From contig JAAEQG010000450.1 of NCBI GenBank assembly GCA_024231775.1, positions 4,273 to 28,272 on the forward strand: a stretch of 24,000 nucleotides of DNA. The letters run 5' to 3'. This DNA is from a bacterium. Lineage in GTDB: Bacteria > Planctomycetota > Phycisphaerae > UBA1845. Shown piece after piece: positions 12,363-19,774 of the stretch; position 1 is the stretch's first letter; every line of letters starts with the position of its first letter. The notes beneath the pieces are model-generated. The model was given only the letters and a program-made list of their open reading frames with translations, was not told where the DNA came from and searched no databases. Made by a program: the position numbers and the translations under genes.

Positions 12363-13537
12363 GCGCAGGTGCTGCCACCATTCTGGAGAGGCCCACCGAC
12401 TCGGTTGACGCTGCTAGCACGGTGGTCTTTGCCGGAGGCGGTACTGGCGGGCACGTCTTCCCCGCCCTGGCTGTTGCCGAAGCGGTACGCGAGCTGCGCT
12501 CCGACGTTGGTTTCGTGTTCTTCAGCACCAACCGGGCGTTTGACCGGTCCGTGCTCGAGCGCACCGATGGTGAGTGGATCGCCCAAAGCGTTCGACCGCT
12601 CAGGTCCGCACCCTGGACCTGGCCGCGGTTCTACCTGGATTGGCGACGTTCCTGTCATGATTGTCGGCGAGAGTTCTCGCGTCGGCGTCCCGCGGTCGTA
12701 GTCGGAACGGGAGGATTCGCCAGCGGACCGCCGGTGTGCGAAGCGGACCGGGGCGGTATCCCCACGATCCTGCTGAATCCGGACGCCGTCCCCGGACGAG
12801 CGAACCGGTTTCTGGCGCGAAGGGCCCGGCGGATATTCGTGCAGTGGCCCGAAACCCTCAAGGCCCTTCGCGACCATGACCACTGTGAGGTCACCGGATG
12901 CCCCATCCGAGCCCAGTTCCGCACCGCGGACCGGTCAGCAGGCCTGGAACACTTCGGGCTGGACCCCGCCCGGCGAACCCTGCTCGTAACCGGAGCCTCC
13001 CAGGGGGCGACTTCAATCAACCGGGCCATGGTCGCGATTCGCGAACTGCTGGCAGGCGCACCCGAATGGCAGATCCTCCACCTCACCGGCCAGGCGGATC
13101 TCGAGCCCACCCAGGCCGGATACGAGGAAGCGAACGTACCAGCGAAGACCCTGCCCTTCACCCACCGAATGGCGGATGCGCTGGTTGCAGCCGACCTGAT
13201 TGTCTCCCGCGCGGGGGCTTCGACCCTGGCAGAGATCACCGCCCTGGGCAAACCGGCGGTGCTCCTGCCCTATCCCTATCATCGAGACATGCACCAGCAA
13301 GCTAATGCGCGCGTACTGGTCAAAGCGGGGGCGGCGAGGATCGTGCACGACCGAATCGTGCCCGAGAAGACCGCAGCAGGATTACGCGAGGTGCTGCCCG
13401 GCTTGATGAGCGATGCGGACGCGTTAGCCCGCATGGCTGCCGCAGCCCGACGCATGGGCACCACGAACGCCTCCGGACACGTCGCCCAGCGGATCTGTGA
13501 ACTGATCCCGCCGCCCGCGAACTCGGGAGGGCGATGA
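12359..13537 (+). CDS. murG: Undecaprenyldiphospho-muramoylpentapeptide beta-N-acetylglucosaminyltransferase
   Basis: This is the C-terminal part of the artefactual 946-aa track ORF 10697..13537. From ATG 12359 (ATGA overlap with the ftsW stop) it reads MSAGAATILE...VVFAGGGTGGHVFPALAVAEA, the MurG G-loop. Later motifs: GGFASGP and SRAGASTLAEITALGKPAVLLPYP. Confidence 0.9.
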   Translation: MSAGAATILERPTDSVDAASTVVFAGGGTGGHVFPALAVAEAVRELRSDVGFVFFSTNRAFDRSVLERTDGEWIAQSVRPLRSAPWTWPRFYLDWRRSCHDCRREFSRRRPAVVVGTGGFASGPPVCEADRGGIPTILLNPDAVPGRANRFLARRARRIFVQWPETLKALRDHDHCEVTGCPIRAQFRTADRSAGLEHFGLDPARRTLLVTGASQGATSINRAMVAIRELLAGAPEWQILHLTGQADLEPTQAGYEEANVPAKTLPFTHRMADALVAADLIVSRAGASTLAEITALGKPAVLLPYPYHRDMHQQANARVLVKAGAARIVHDRIVPEKTAAGLREVLPGLMSDADALARMAAAARRMGTTNASGHVAQRICELIPPPANSGGR

Positions 13538-13688
13538 GATGAAGCGAAAGCGCCCACCCAACCGATATCATAAGGGTGAGCGAGATGGGTCCAGCGGTTT
13601 CCCCGGGCTTTTCTCATCCCCCAGGCTATCATTCAAAACGACCTCTGGCGACAATATGGTCGCTCGATAATCCCCTGGAGAGGAAGCG

Positions 13689-15119
13689 GTGTTCAACCCC
13701 GACAAACCGCCTGGCGCACCCCGAACCGACGCCGCGCCCGAACCGCGCGAACGTGTTCACCTGATCGGGATCGGCGGGTGCGGAATGTCCGCGGCAGCCA
13801 ACCTGCTGATGCGCCAAGGCGCGCGCGTCAGCGGGTCGGACGCCCGTGACTTCGAGGGGTTAGGCCGGCTGGTCGCCCAAGGCGCGATCGTACGAGTAGG
13901 TCACCACGCAGACCACCTACCCCCCAACGCGGACCGCGTAGTGGTCAGCGCCGCCATTCCCCAGTCCAACCCCGAGTGGGTCGCCGCCCGCCGCCGAAAC
14001 CTGCCCGTCCTGTCCTACCCGGAACTGCTGGGAGAGATGATGCGCCATCGGCGGGGGATCGCCGTTGCGGGCACCCACGGAAAAAGCACCACCACAGCCT
14101 TGCTCGCGCATCTGTTCACCTCCGCGGGCTACGACCCCACCTTCATCATGGGGGCCGCCGCCGACCAGTTGGGCGGAAGCTCAGGCGCAGGCCGGGGCGA
14201 ACACTTCATCGTCGAAGCTTGTGAATACGGTCGATCGTTTCTGGCCCTGGAGCCTGCGGTTGCGGGAATCCTGAACGTCGAGGCGGACCATCTGGACTGC
14301 TACCAGAATCTCGATGACATCCGCGCAGCCTTCGCGCAGTTTGCCGCCCAAGTTCAGCCGGGTGGTACGCTCATCACTCCCCACGGAGAGTTGGACCTCG
14401 GCGAGGAGGTTCTTGCTCGTGGTGTCGTGCATGAAACCTACGGTCTTCTCCCCGGGGCTAGCTGGCAAGCGGATAACCTCCAGGCGGAGTCCGGCTGCTG
14501 CGCGTTCGACGTCACCCACGATGGGCGGAAAGTGCTGTCAGCCCGCCTGGCCCTTCCGGGTGTCCACATGGTCCAGGATGCTCTGATGGCTGCGGCACTA
14601 GCCTGCCATGAGGGACTGGCCCCGGAGGCGATCGCCGCCGGTCTCGAGTCGTTCGCAGGAATCGAACGACGGATGTCCCGGCGCGGCACGGGCTGCGGGG
14701 TCACCGTCATCGACGACTATGCTCACCACCCGACGGAAATCGCCGCCACCCTGCAGGCTATCAATGATCGTTATCAACCGCGACGAACCTGGGTCGTCTT
14801 TCAGCCGCATCAGGCCTCGCGGACCCGGCGCTTGATGCACGAGTTCGCCTCCTCCTTCGCGGCGGCGGACGTGATCATCGTCGCAGACATCTACTGCGTC
14901 AGGGACACCGCCGAAGATCGGGCCTCCGTGCGGGCAGCGGACCTCGCGTCGCTGATCCACCGCAACGGAGGCGACGCCCGCTATGTCGGCGATTCAGACG
15001 AAGTCGCCCGCCACGTGGGCGAGAACCTGACCGAAGGAGACCTCGTCGTCACCATGGGAGCCGGTGACGTGTGGAAGATCGCCGATGCACTGGTTGAGCG
15101 AGTTCAAAGAGCGGGTTGA
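13689..15119 (+). CDS. murC: UDP-N-acetylmuramate--L-alanine ligase
   Basis: VHLIGIGGCGMSAAANLLMRQGARVSGSD, GIAVAGTHGKSTTTALL and DDYAHHPTEI. GTG start preceded by GGAGAGGAAG. Confidence 0.9.
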   Translation: MFNPDKPPGAPRTDAAPEPRERVHLIGIGGCGMSAAANLLMRQGARVSGSDARDFEGLGRLVAQGAIVRVGHHADHLPPNADRVVVSAAIPQSNPEWVAARRRNLPVLSYPELLGEMMRHRRGIAVAGTHGKSTTTALLAHLFTSAGYDPTFIMGAAADQLGGSSGAGRGEHFIVEACEYGRSFLALEPAVAGILNVEADHLDCYQNLDDIRAAFAQFAAQVQPGGTLITPHGELDLGEEVLARGVVHETYGLLPGASWQADNLQAESGCCAFDVTHDGRKVLSARLALPGVHMVQDALMAAALACHEGLAPEAIAAGLESFAGIERRMSRRGTGCGVTVIDDYAHHPTEIAATLQAINDRYQPRRTWVVFQPHQASRTRRLMHEFASSFAAADVIIVADIYCVRDTAEDRASVRAADLASLIHRNGGDARYVGDSDEVARHVGENLTEGDLVVTMGAGDVWKIADALVERVQRAG

Positions 15120-15966
15120 ACAGAACGTTCCACTGTCACCGATGACGTGGTTCAAGCTGGGCGGCTGCGCTCAGCATATGTACCGCCCCAACAGCGCCGA
15201 AGATCTCGCCCGCCTCATGCGCCGAGCCCACGAGGAGAACGTCTCCACCCGCGTCCTCGGCGGGGGCGCCAACGTACTCATCCAGGACGACGGCGTGAAC
15301 GGAGTCGTCATCCGCATGGACGACCCGGGGTTTCAGGGCATTGACTTCGAGGGCACCCGCGTGGTGGCTGCGGGCGGCGCCGACCTGATGCGGCTGGTCC
15401 TCGAATGTGTGCGCCGTAGCCTCAGTGGACTGGAGGGCCTGGCGGGTATCCCCGGTACGGTGGGCGGGGCGATCTGCATGAACGCCGGCGGCAAGTTCGG
15501 CTCGATCGGCGATTGCGTCCACGCCGTGCAACTGCTCAGCCTCGATGGAACCGTGCGCATGGTCTCGAAGAGCGAGCTGGATTTCGGGTATCGGTGCTCG
15601 GGAGTAGGCCGGCAGATCGTGCTCTCGGCTGAATTCGAACTGGTAAAGGAAGATTCCGGCGGAGTGCGGGCTCGCTACGACGAGGCTTGGGCCGCCAAGA
15701 AACGATCCCAGCCGCCGCTCAAAGCCCATTCCGCCGGTTGCGTGTTCAAGAATCCGCCGGGGCATTCCGCGGGGAAGCTCATCGACCAGGCGGGAATGAA
15801 GGGCGAAACCGTCGGCGGCGCCTCCGTGTCCGCCGAGCACGCCAACTTCATCATCGCCCACGAAGGAGCGACCTCCGCGGACGTGTTACGCCTCGTCGAG
15901 CGCATCCAAGAGAAGGTGCGCCGGAAGTTCGGCATCAACCTGGAGATGGAAATCGACGTCTGGTAG
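15085..15966 (+). CDS. murB: UDP-N-acetylenolpyruvoylglucosamine reductase
   Basis: VPLSPMTWFKLGGCAQHMYRPNSAEDL, VLGGGANVLIQDDG and SAGCVFKNPPGHSAGKLIDQAG. The start at ATG 15085 (or GTG 15064) overlaps the end of murC by 35-56 nt. Confidence 0.9.
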   Translation: MHWLSEFKERVEQNVPLSPMTWFKLGGCAQHMYRPNSAEDLARLMRRAHEENVSTRVLGGGANVLIQDDGVNGVVIRMDDPGFQGIDFEGTRVVAAGGADLMRLVLECVRRSLSGLEGLAGIPGTVGGAICMNAGGKFGSIGDCVHAVQLLSLDGTVRMVSKSELDFGYRCSGVGRQIVLSAEFELVKEDSGGVRARYDEAWAAKKRSQPPLKAHSAGCVFKNPPGHSAGKLIDQAGMKGETVGGASVSAEHANFIIAHEGATSADVLRLVERIQEKVRRKFGINLEMEIDVW

Positions 15967-15984
15967 AGCCAACCCCAAGACTCA

Positions 15985-16014
15985 TGTGGGACCGGCTTTC
16001 CAGCCGGTCAAGAC
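15985..16014. repeat. Hairpin repeat, copy A (tgtgggaccggctttccagccggtcaagac)
   Basis: Perfect 8-bp stem 15990..15997 / 16002..16009 with loop ttcc, 24 nt after the murB stop. Related copy at 22826..22855. A second 6-bp hairpin (gacagg/cctgtc, 16012..16032) follows directly. Confidence 0.8.
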
Positions 16015-16082
16015 AGGCCAAAAAGCCCTGTCCCGCAGTTTCCAGATGGGCTCTGGCAAGAGCAGCTTCAGTCCAAACGTAG

Positions 16083-16103
16083 CGTCCGGCGTCTCGCCGG
16101 ACG
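16083..16103. repeat. GC-rich hairpin (cgtccggc gtctc gccggacg)
   Basis: Perfect 8-bp inverted repeat with a 5-nt loop. No U-tract follows, so it is not a canonical intrinsic terminator. Confidence 0.7.
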
Positions 16104-16142
16104 TCCTCTGTTCTCGGCCCGTGTGGACGCAGGCCGCTACAC

Positions 16143-16160
16143 TTGGATTGAGAATGCTCA
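16143..16160. repeat. Left copy of an 18-bp direct repeat (ttggattgagaatgctca)
   Basis: 14/18 identical to 16430..16447 (atggattgaacatgctct). Shared cores are TGGATTGA and ATGCTC. The two copies bracket the repeat-rich core of the island. Confidence 0.6.
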
Positions 16161-16166
16161 AAATAC

Positions 16167-16209
16167 GTACCATGGCGCAGCAAAGTGTATGTACCATGGC
16201 GCAGCAAAG
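16167..16209. repeat. Tandem direct repeat, 2 copies, 24-bp period (gtaccatggcgcagcaaag)
   Basis: The 19-bp units at 16167..16185 and 16191..16209 are identical and separated by tgtat. Each unit contains the palindrome CCATGG. Confidence 0.9.
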
Positions 16210-16214
16210 CGTGG

Positions 16215-16256
16215 GATATCAGGATGGCTCCGACAGATATTAGGATGACCCCGACG
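16215..16256. repeat. Tandem direct repeat, 2 copies, 21-bp period (gatatcaggatggctccgaca / gatattaggatgaccccgacg)
   Basis: 17/21 identity between adjacent units. It directly abuts the 24-bp-period repeat. Confidence 0.75.
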
Positions 16257-16286
16257 TTTTAGCCCTGGAAGGGCGTCTGAATATAG

Positions 16287-16313
16287 CCCAGGGTGAGCGC
16301 AGCGAGCCCTGGG
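16287..16313. repeat. Hairpin cccaggg-N13-ccctggg
   Basis: Perfect 7-bp inverted repeat 16287..16293 / 16307..16313 with a 13-nt loop (tgagcgcagcgag). Confidence 0.7.
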
Positions 16314-16335
16314 TAACAAGGCCCCCCAAAGCAGA

Positions 16336-16350
16336 GCCCCCGGAGGGGGC
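16336..16350. repeat. Perfect GC palindrome gcccccggagggggc
   Basis: 6-bp G/C stem with the 3-nt centre gga. Confidence 0.7.
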
Positions 16351-16429
16351 GAAGGAAGAACTCGGCGCCTCCTGAAGCGATGAGGCATCTGCGGAAAACT
16401 GCTTTCATAATACCGGATATACGCTATGC

Positions 16430-16447
16430 ATGGATTGAACATGCTCT
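16430..16447. repeat. Right copy of the 18-bp direct repeat (atggattgaacatgctct)
   Basis: See 16143..16160. Confidence 0.6.
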
Positions 16448-16515
16448 GGCTAGTCGCCGGAAGAGACTCGAATCGACGCTATGATACCAGACCCAGGAGG
16501 ACTATGCCGACCAAC

Positions 16516-16540
16516 GAGCCGCGGACTTCAGTCCGCGCGG
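16516..16540. repeat. Hairpin repeat, ddl-upstream copy (gagccgcggacttcagtccgcgcgg)
   Basis: 7-bp stem 16520..16526 / 16531..16537 with loop ttca. 23/25 identical to 17674..17698; the two differences are a paired A-T to G-C change in the stem. Confidence 0.8.
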
Positions 16541-16642
16541 CCACTAGAACACCAGAAGCAACATGATCGGGAATCGGGCAATCGGCACAATTGAACTAGA
16601 TCTGGTATGACTCGGACCCAGGAGCGGGACGGAGAAAACGCG

Positions 16643-17656
16643 ATGCCTCGAACCGCAAATGCCCACAAGAACGCGAAGGTGCGCCGTCCGCCCTCCACCA
16701 AGACCCGAGGCTCCATGGCCCTGAATACTCTGGACATTACCGTGTTAGCCGGAGGACCCAGCGAAGAGCGCGCGGTGAGCCTGGACAGTGGCCGAGCGGT
16801 ATGCGCCGCACTGAAACGCCTGGGACACCGGGCGACCATGATGGACATCGTTCCCGAAGACCTGGCTGCCCTGGACTCGCCTTGCGACTGCGTGTTCGTC
16901 GCCCTGCACGGGACCTTCGGGGAGGATGGCCAGGTTCAGCGTCTTCTGGAAGGAAGGGGCATATGCTACTGCGGCGCCGGTCCCGCAGCCTCCGCCCTCT
17001 CGATGGACAAAGCCGCCGCCAAGGAACGCTTCACCGAGGCGGGCATCCCCACCCCGCGCTTCGAGGTGGTCACCGCCGAAACCCTGGACCGCGCCGTCGA
17101 CGCCTGGAAGGCGCCGATCGTCATCAAGCCGGTGCGTTCGGGGAGCAGCGTGGATACCTACATTGTGCATCCACCGAGTGGTATCACCGAGGAGCTGAGC
17201 ACTGTCATCGACCGACACGGGGACGCTCTGATCGAGGAGTTCATCGAAGGCCTCGAGCTGACCGTCGGCATCCTCGGCGATCGGGCATTGCCTCCTCTGG
17301 AGATCCGGCCCAAACGAGCGTTCTATGATTACCAAGCCAAGTACGTCGATGACGATACCGAATACATCTTCGATATCGATCTACCTCAGCAAGTGCTCGA
17401 GGACATCAGCCGACAAAGTCTCCGCGCCCACCGACTGCTGGAGGTTCGAGACTTCTGCCGCGTCGACTGGATGGTCGACCGGCACACCCGGAAACCGTAC
17501 CTCCTGGAGATCAACACCATCCCCGGGTTCACCAGTCATTCGCTACTACCCAAGGCGGCAGCCCGGGCGGGTATCTCTTTCGACGAGTTGTGCCAGCGAA
17601 TTGTCACTCTGACCATGCACCGGAGCGAACCTGGTATAGACCGCCGGGCGCCCTGA
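16643..17656 (+). CDS. ddl: D-alanine--D-alanine ligase
   Basis: ITVLAGGPSEERAVSLDSGRAVCAAL, ALHGTFGEDGQVQRLLE, and ATP-grasp segments (KPVRSGSSVDT, EINTIPGFTSHSL). The start is uncertain. ATG 16643 has GGAGA 7 nt upstream, the track ORF starts at ATG 16607, and the conserved core begins at ATG 16715 (MALNTLDITVLAGG). Confidence 0.9.
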   Translation: MPRTANAHKNAKVRRPPSTKTRGSMALNTLDITVLAGGPSEERAVSLDSGRAVCAALKRLGHRATMMDIVPEDLAALDSPCDCVFVALHGTFGEDGQVQRLLEGRGICYCGAGPAASALSMDKAAAKERFTEAGIPTPRFEVVTAETLDRAVDAWKAPIVIKPVRSGSSVDTYIVHPPSGITEELSTVIDRHGDALIEEFIEGLELTVGILGDRALPPLEIRPKRAFYDYQAKYVDDDTEYIFDIDLPQQVLEDISRQSLRAHRLLEVRDFCRVDWMVDRHTRKPYLLEINTIPGFTSHSLLPKAAARAGISFDELCQRIVTLTMHRSEPGIDRRAP

Positions 17657-17673
17657 CCGATCGAGAGTTCAAG

Positions 17674-17698
17674 GAGCCGCGGGCTTCAGCCCGCGCGG
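17674..17698. repeat. Hairpin repeat, ddl-downstream copy (gagccgcgggcttcagcccgcgcgg)
   Basis: 7-bp stem 17678..17684 / 17689..17695 with loop ttca, starting 18 nt after the ddl stop. It may act as a terminator or stabiliser, but no U-tract follows. Confidence 0.8.
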
Positions 17699-17800
17699 TG
17701 GAGCGAAGCGAGAATCGCCTTGAATGTTTGTTCAGTGGGCAGTCGGAAACCAACATCCGTATCAGGCTCGCCATACGGGCCGCAGTAGAGGGCAAGATCA

Positions 17801-18670
17801 TTGGCACGGGCGAAGCGAAAGAAAACATCCGGATCCTACTGGCCGCAGTGGTGGTCATCCAAGGATCAGGCAGCTAAGCGGGCTTCCCTGGTCATGGCCC
17901 TGCAAGTGCTCGCCGTCGCTGGGCTGGCCGTGGGAGCGACGTACGCCCTGGCCACCCTCGAAGCCCGGGTCCACGCCGCGCAACGTTTCGCCGACTCACC
18001 CGTCGTCGAGCTGGCGGACGTCCCCCCCGGATTAGAGGAGACCATCGCCGCGAAAGTGGCGCCGTTTGAACGCGCTCGGGGATACGACCCCGAGATTTGC
18101 CTGAAGATCGGGCGAGCCCTCGAGGCGGACCCCTGGGTTCGACGAGTGCGCAGCGTATCCCGGCTCAGCGATCTGCGTGTGGTCGTCGAGTGCGACTATC
18201 GCGAGCCGGCAGTGCTGATCCAAATCGGCAACATCTTCTACGTAGCGGATAACGAGGCGGTCCGGCTGCCCGGGACCTACGGATACGAACAGACCCTTCC
18301 GCTGATTCAGGGGGTGGGCAGCGAGCCGCCTGCCCCGGGCGAGCGGTGGAACGCCCCGGACCTGGACGCGGGAATGGCCCTGATCCATCTGATCTCCCGC
18401 GAGACCTTTGCCCACCAGATTACCGGTGTCCAGGTGCACAACTTCGGCGGACGCTTATCGCCGAGGGAATCACACCTGGTGTTAGCCACCGACCGGTCTG
18501 GAAGCCTGATCTACTGGGGATCGGCACCCGGGGCAGAGGTGGAGGAGAACTCTCCCGCTCAGAAGATGGCCATCCTGCGCGACAACTACGCCCGTCTTGG
18601 GCGGGTGGATGCGAACTGCGGGCCGATTGACATCTCTGCGTATCCCGACCGGTTTATCGTTCCACGATGA
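17801..18670 (+). CDS. ftsQ: FtsQ/DivIB-like cell division protein (bitopic, POTRA domain)
   Basis: Basic N-terminus (MARAKRKK), one TM helix (LVMALQVLAVAGLAVGATYALATL), then a POTRA-like segment: DPWVRRVRSVSRLSDLRVVVECDYREPAVLIQIGNIFYVADNEAVRLP. It sits in the canonical position after ddl. TTG start with GAGGG 8 nt upstream; alternative ATG at 17894. Confidence 0.7.
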   Translation: MARAKRKKTSGSYWPQWWSSKDQAAKRASLVMALQVLAVAGLAVGATYALATLEARVHAAQRFADSPVVELADVPPGLEETIAAKVAPFERARGYDPEICLKIGRALEADPWVRRVRSVSRLSDLRVVVECDYREPAVLIQIGNIFYVADNEAVRLPGTYGYEQTLPLIQGVGSEPPAPGERWNAPDLDAGMALIHLISRETFAHQITGVQVHNFGGRLSPRESHLVLATDRSGSLIYWGSAPGAEVEENSPAQKMAILRDNYARLGRVDANCGPIDISAYPDRFIVPR

Positions 18671-18834
18671 TTGGGTATTCTGGGTATTATGCGCATATTG
18701 GCCGTGGAGAATGAGGAAATATGCCGCTGCTGCAGCCCGAATACACGTGCGTGAGCGCCACCGGGGTATCGTTCTGACGCCGCCTGGGCGGCGAGTGTTG
18801 CTGGTGGCTGCCAGCCATTATGAGAGGGTTCGTC

Positions 18835-19665
18835 ATGGACGCACACCAGATCACTCAGTTTCTCGATCAGATCGAGCGACTTTGGGTCTCCCAGGTTCCG
18901 CCGGAGTACCAGATTCCGGCGCTCCCCGTCGCCGTGGGCGCGCTCGTCGCGGGCATCGTGCTGAGCGTCCTGGGGGCCAAGCTGGCCCGGTTCGGGATCG
19001 CCTGCGCCTTTGGCGTTCTGGGAATAATGGCGGGCGTCCTGCTGGCGCCGGGAGTCAACCTACCGGAAGCGGTGATCGTGGTCCTTGGCGCCCTCGTGGT
19101 TGGGGGGCTGGGCTACGGATTGTTTCGCTTATGGGTCGGCATATCCGCTGCCGCGTTCTTTGGGGTCGTCGCGGTCAGCATTTACGGAAGCCAAGCGGTC
19201 GTACCGCATTTCGTTGAGTACGATCCAGCCTATCGCCTGGACAGTACCTGCATTGTGTCCGAAACGATCGTTACTGACACTGGAGGTTGCGACCGGTTCG
19301 ACACCGTCCTATCGGACCTGCGCATGTGGGCCGACGATTTCTGGCTGTACGTCCAGCACCGGGAGACCGATGTCAACAGGAAGGTACTGGGGATCGGGTT
19401 GGGGGCGGGCCTGCTTGGCCTGCTGCTGGGCACGATCATCCCGCGTTTGACCTTGATTGTGGTCTCTTCGGTCGTGGGGACGGTGCTGGTGATGTCTGGC
19501 CTAGCCGGTTTGGCGGCGGAGTTTCACCTCGACTTGTCCCGGGCAGGTATGGAGCACGGGCGGTTCGCCGCCGCTGCGGGGATTACTTTCCTGTTGGCGT
19601 CCCTGCTGTTGCAGACTCTGCTGACGCGCCAACCTCCTGCCGCGCCACGTCCCGAGCCTCAGTAG
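18835..19665 (+). CDS. Glycine-rich polytopic membrane protein, unknown function (tentatively DUF4203/TMEM198-like)
   Basis: About 7 predicted hydrophobic helices, and a roughly 60-aa hydrophilic loop with two Cys (VEYDPAYRLDSTCIVSETIVTDTGGCDRFDTV...). ATG 18835 has GAGGG 7 nt upstream; the track ORF starts at 18820. The N-terminal TM motif LPVAVGALVAGIVLSVLGAKLARFGIACAFGVLGIMAG resembles the next gene. Family name is from memory only. Confidence 0.6.
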   Translation: MDAHQITQFLDQIERLWVSQVPPEYQIPALPVAVGALVAGIVLSVLGAKLARFGIACAFGVLGIMAGVLLAPGVNLPEAVIVVLGALVVGGLGYGLFRLWVGISAAAFFGVVAVSIYGSQAVVPHFVEYDPAYRLDSTCIVSETIVTDTGGCDRFDTVLSDLRMWADDFWLYVQHRETDVNRKVLGIGLGAGLLGLLLGTIIPRLTLIVVSSVVGTVLVMSGLAGLAAEFHLDLSRAGMEHGRFAAAAGITFLLASLLLQTLLTRQPPAAPRPEPQ

Positions 19666-19774
19666 CCAGGTGCGGATCGCGCTCGGCGTCAGCCGTTGCC
19701 GATCTGCATCTCAGACCAGGTGCAGCCACGGGTGATCCGCCCGAGCTCGCGCCGCAAAGCTCTGGGGGTGGACG

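Noticed and set aside
10697-13537. 946-aa plus-strand ORF spanning mraY, ftsW and murG
   Set aside because: Only its last 392 codons (from ATG 12359) look like a real protein (MurG). The upstream part is an off-frame read-through of mraY and ftsW, rich in R/G/P/A, as expected for stop-poor frames in GC-rich DNA.
15990-16009. The GC hairpins after murB and ddl as canonical rho-independent terminators
   Set aside because: None is followed by a U-rich tract (for example aagacagg after 16009 and tggagcga after 17698). I report them as structured repeats with unknown function.
16167-16256. Possible miniature CRISPR array
   Set aside because: There are only two copies of each unit, the spacers are 5 nt or absent, the units are 19-21 bp, and no cas genes are present. 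This is tandem duplication, not repeat-spacer architecture.
16158-16442. 94-aa minus-strand ORF and the 85-aa plus-strand ORF (15986..16243) in the murB-ddl gap
   Set aside because: Their sequences are direct translations of the tandem repeats and hairpins (FAAPWY x2, TMAQQSV x2). There is no RBS and no family resemblance.
16504-16566. 20-codon upstream ORF (MPTNEPRTSVRAATRTPEAT) preceded by AGGAGG, as a possible ddl leader peptide
   Set aside because: The SD-to-ATG spacing is only 3 nt and the ORF is mostly the hairpin repeat sequence. With no comparative evidence available it stays speculative.
18721-18777. 18-codon small ORF (MPLLQPEYTCVSATGVSF) in the ftsQ-downstream gap
   Set aside because: Too short, with a marginal RBS (GAGGA, 3-nt spacing) and nothing to support it from sequence alone.
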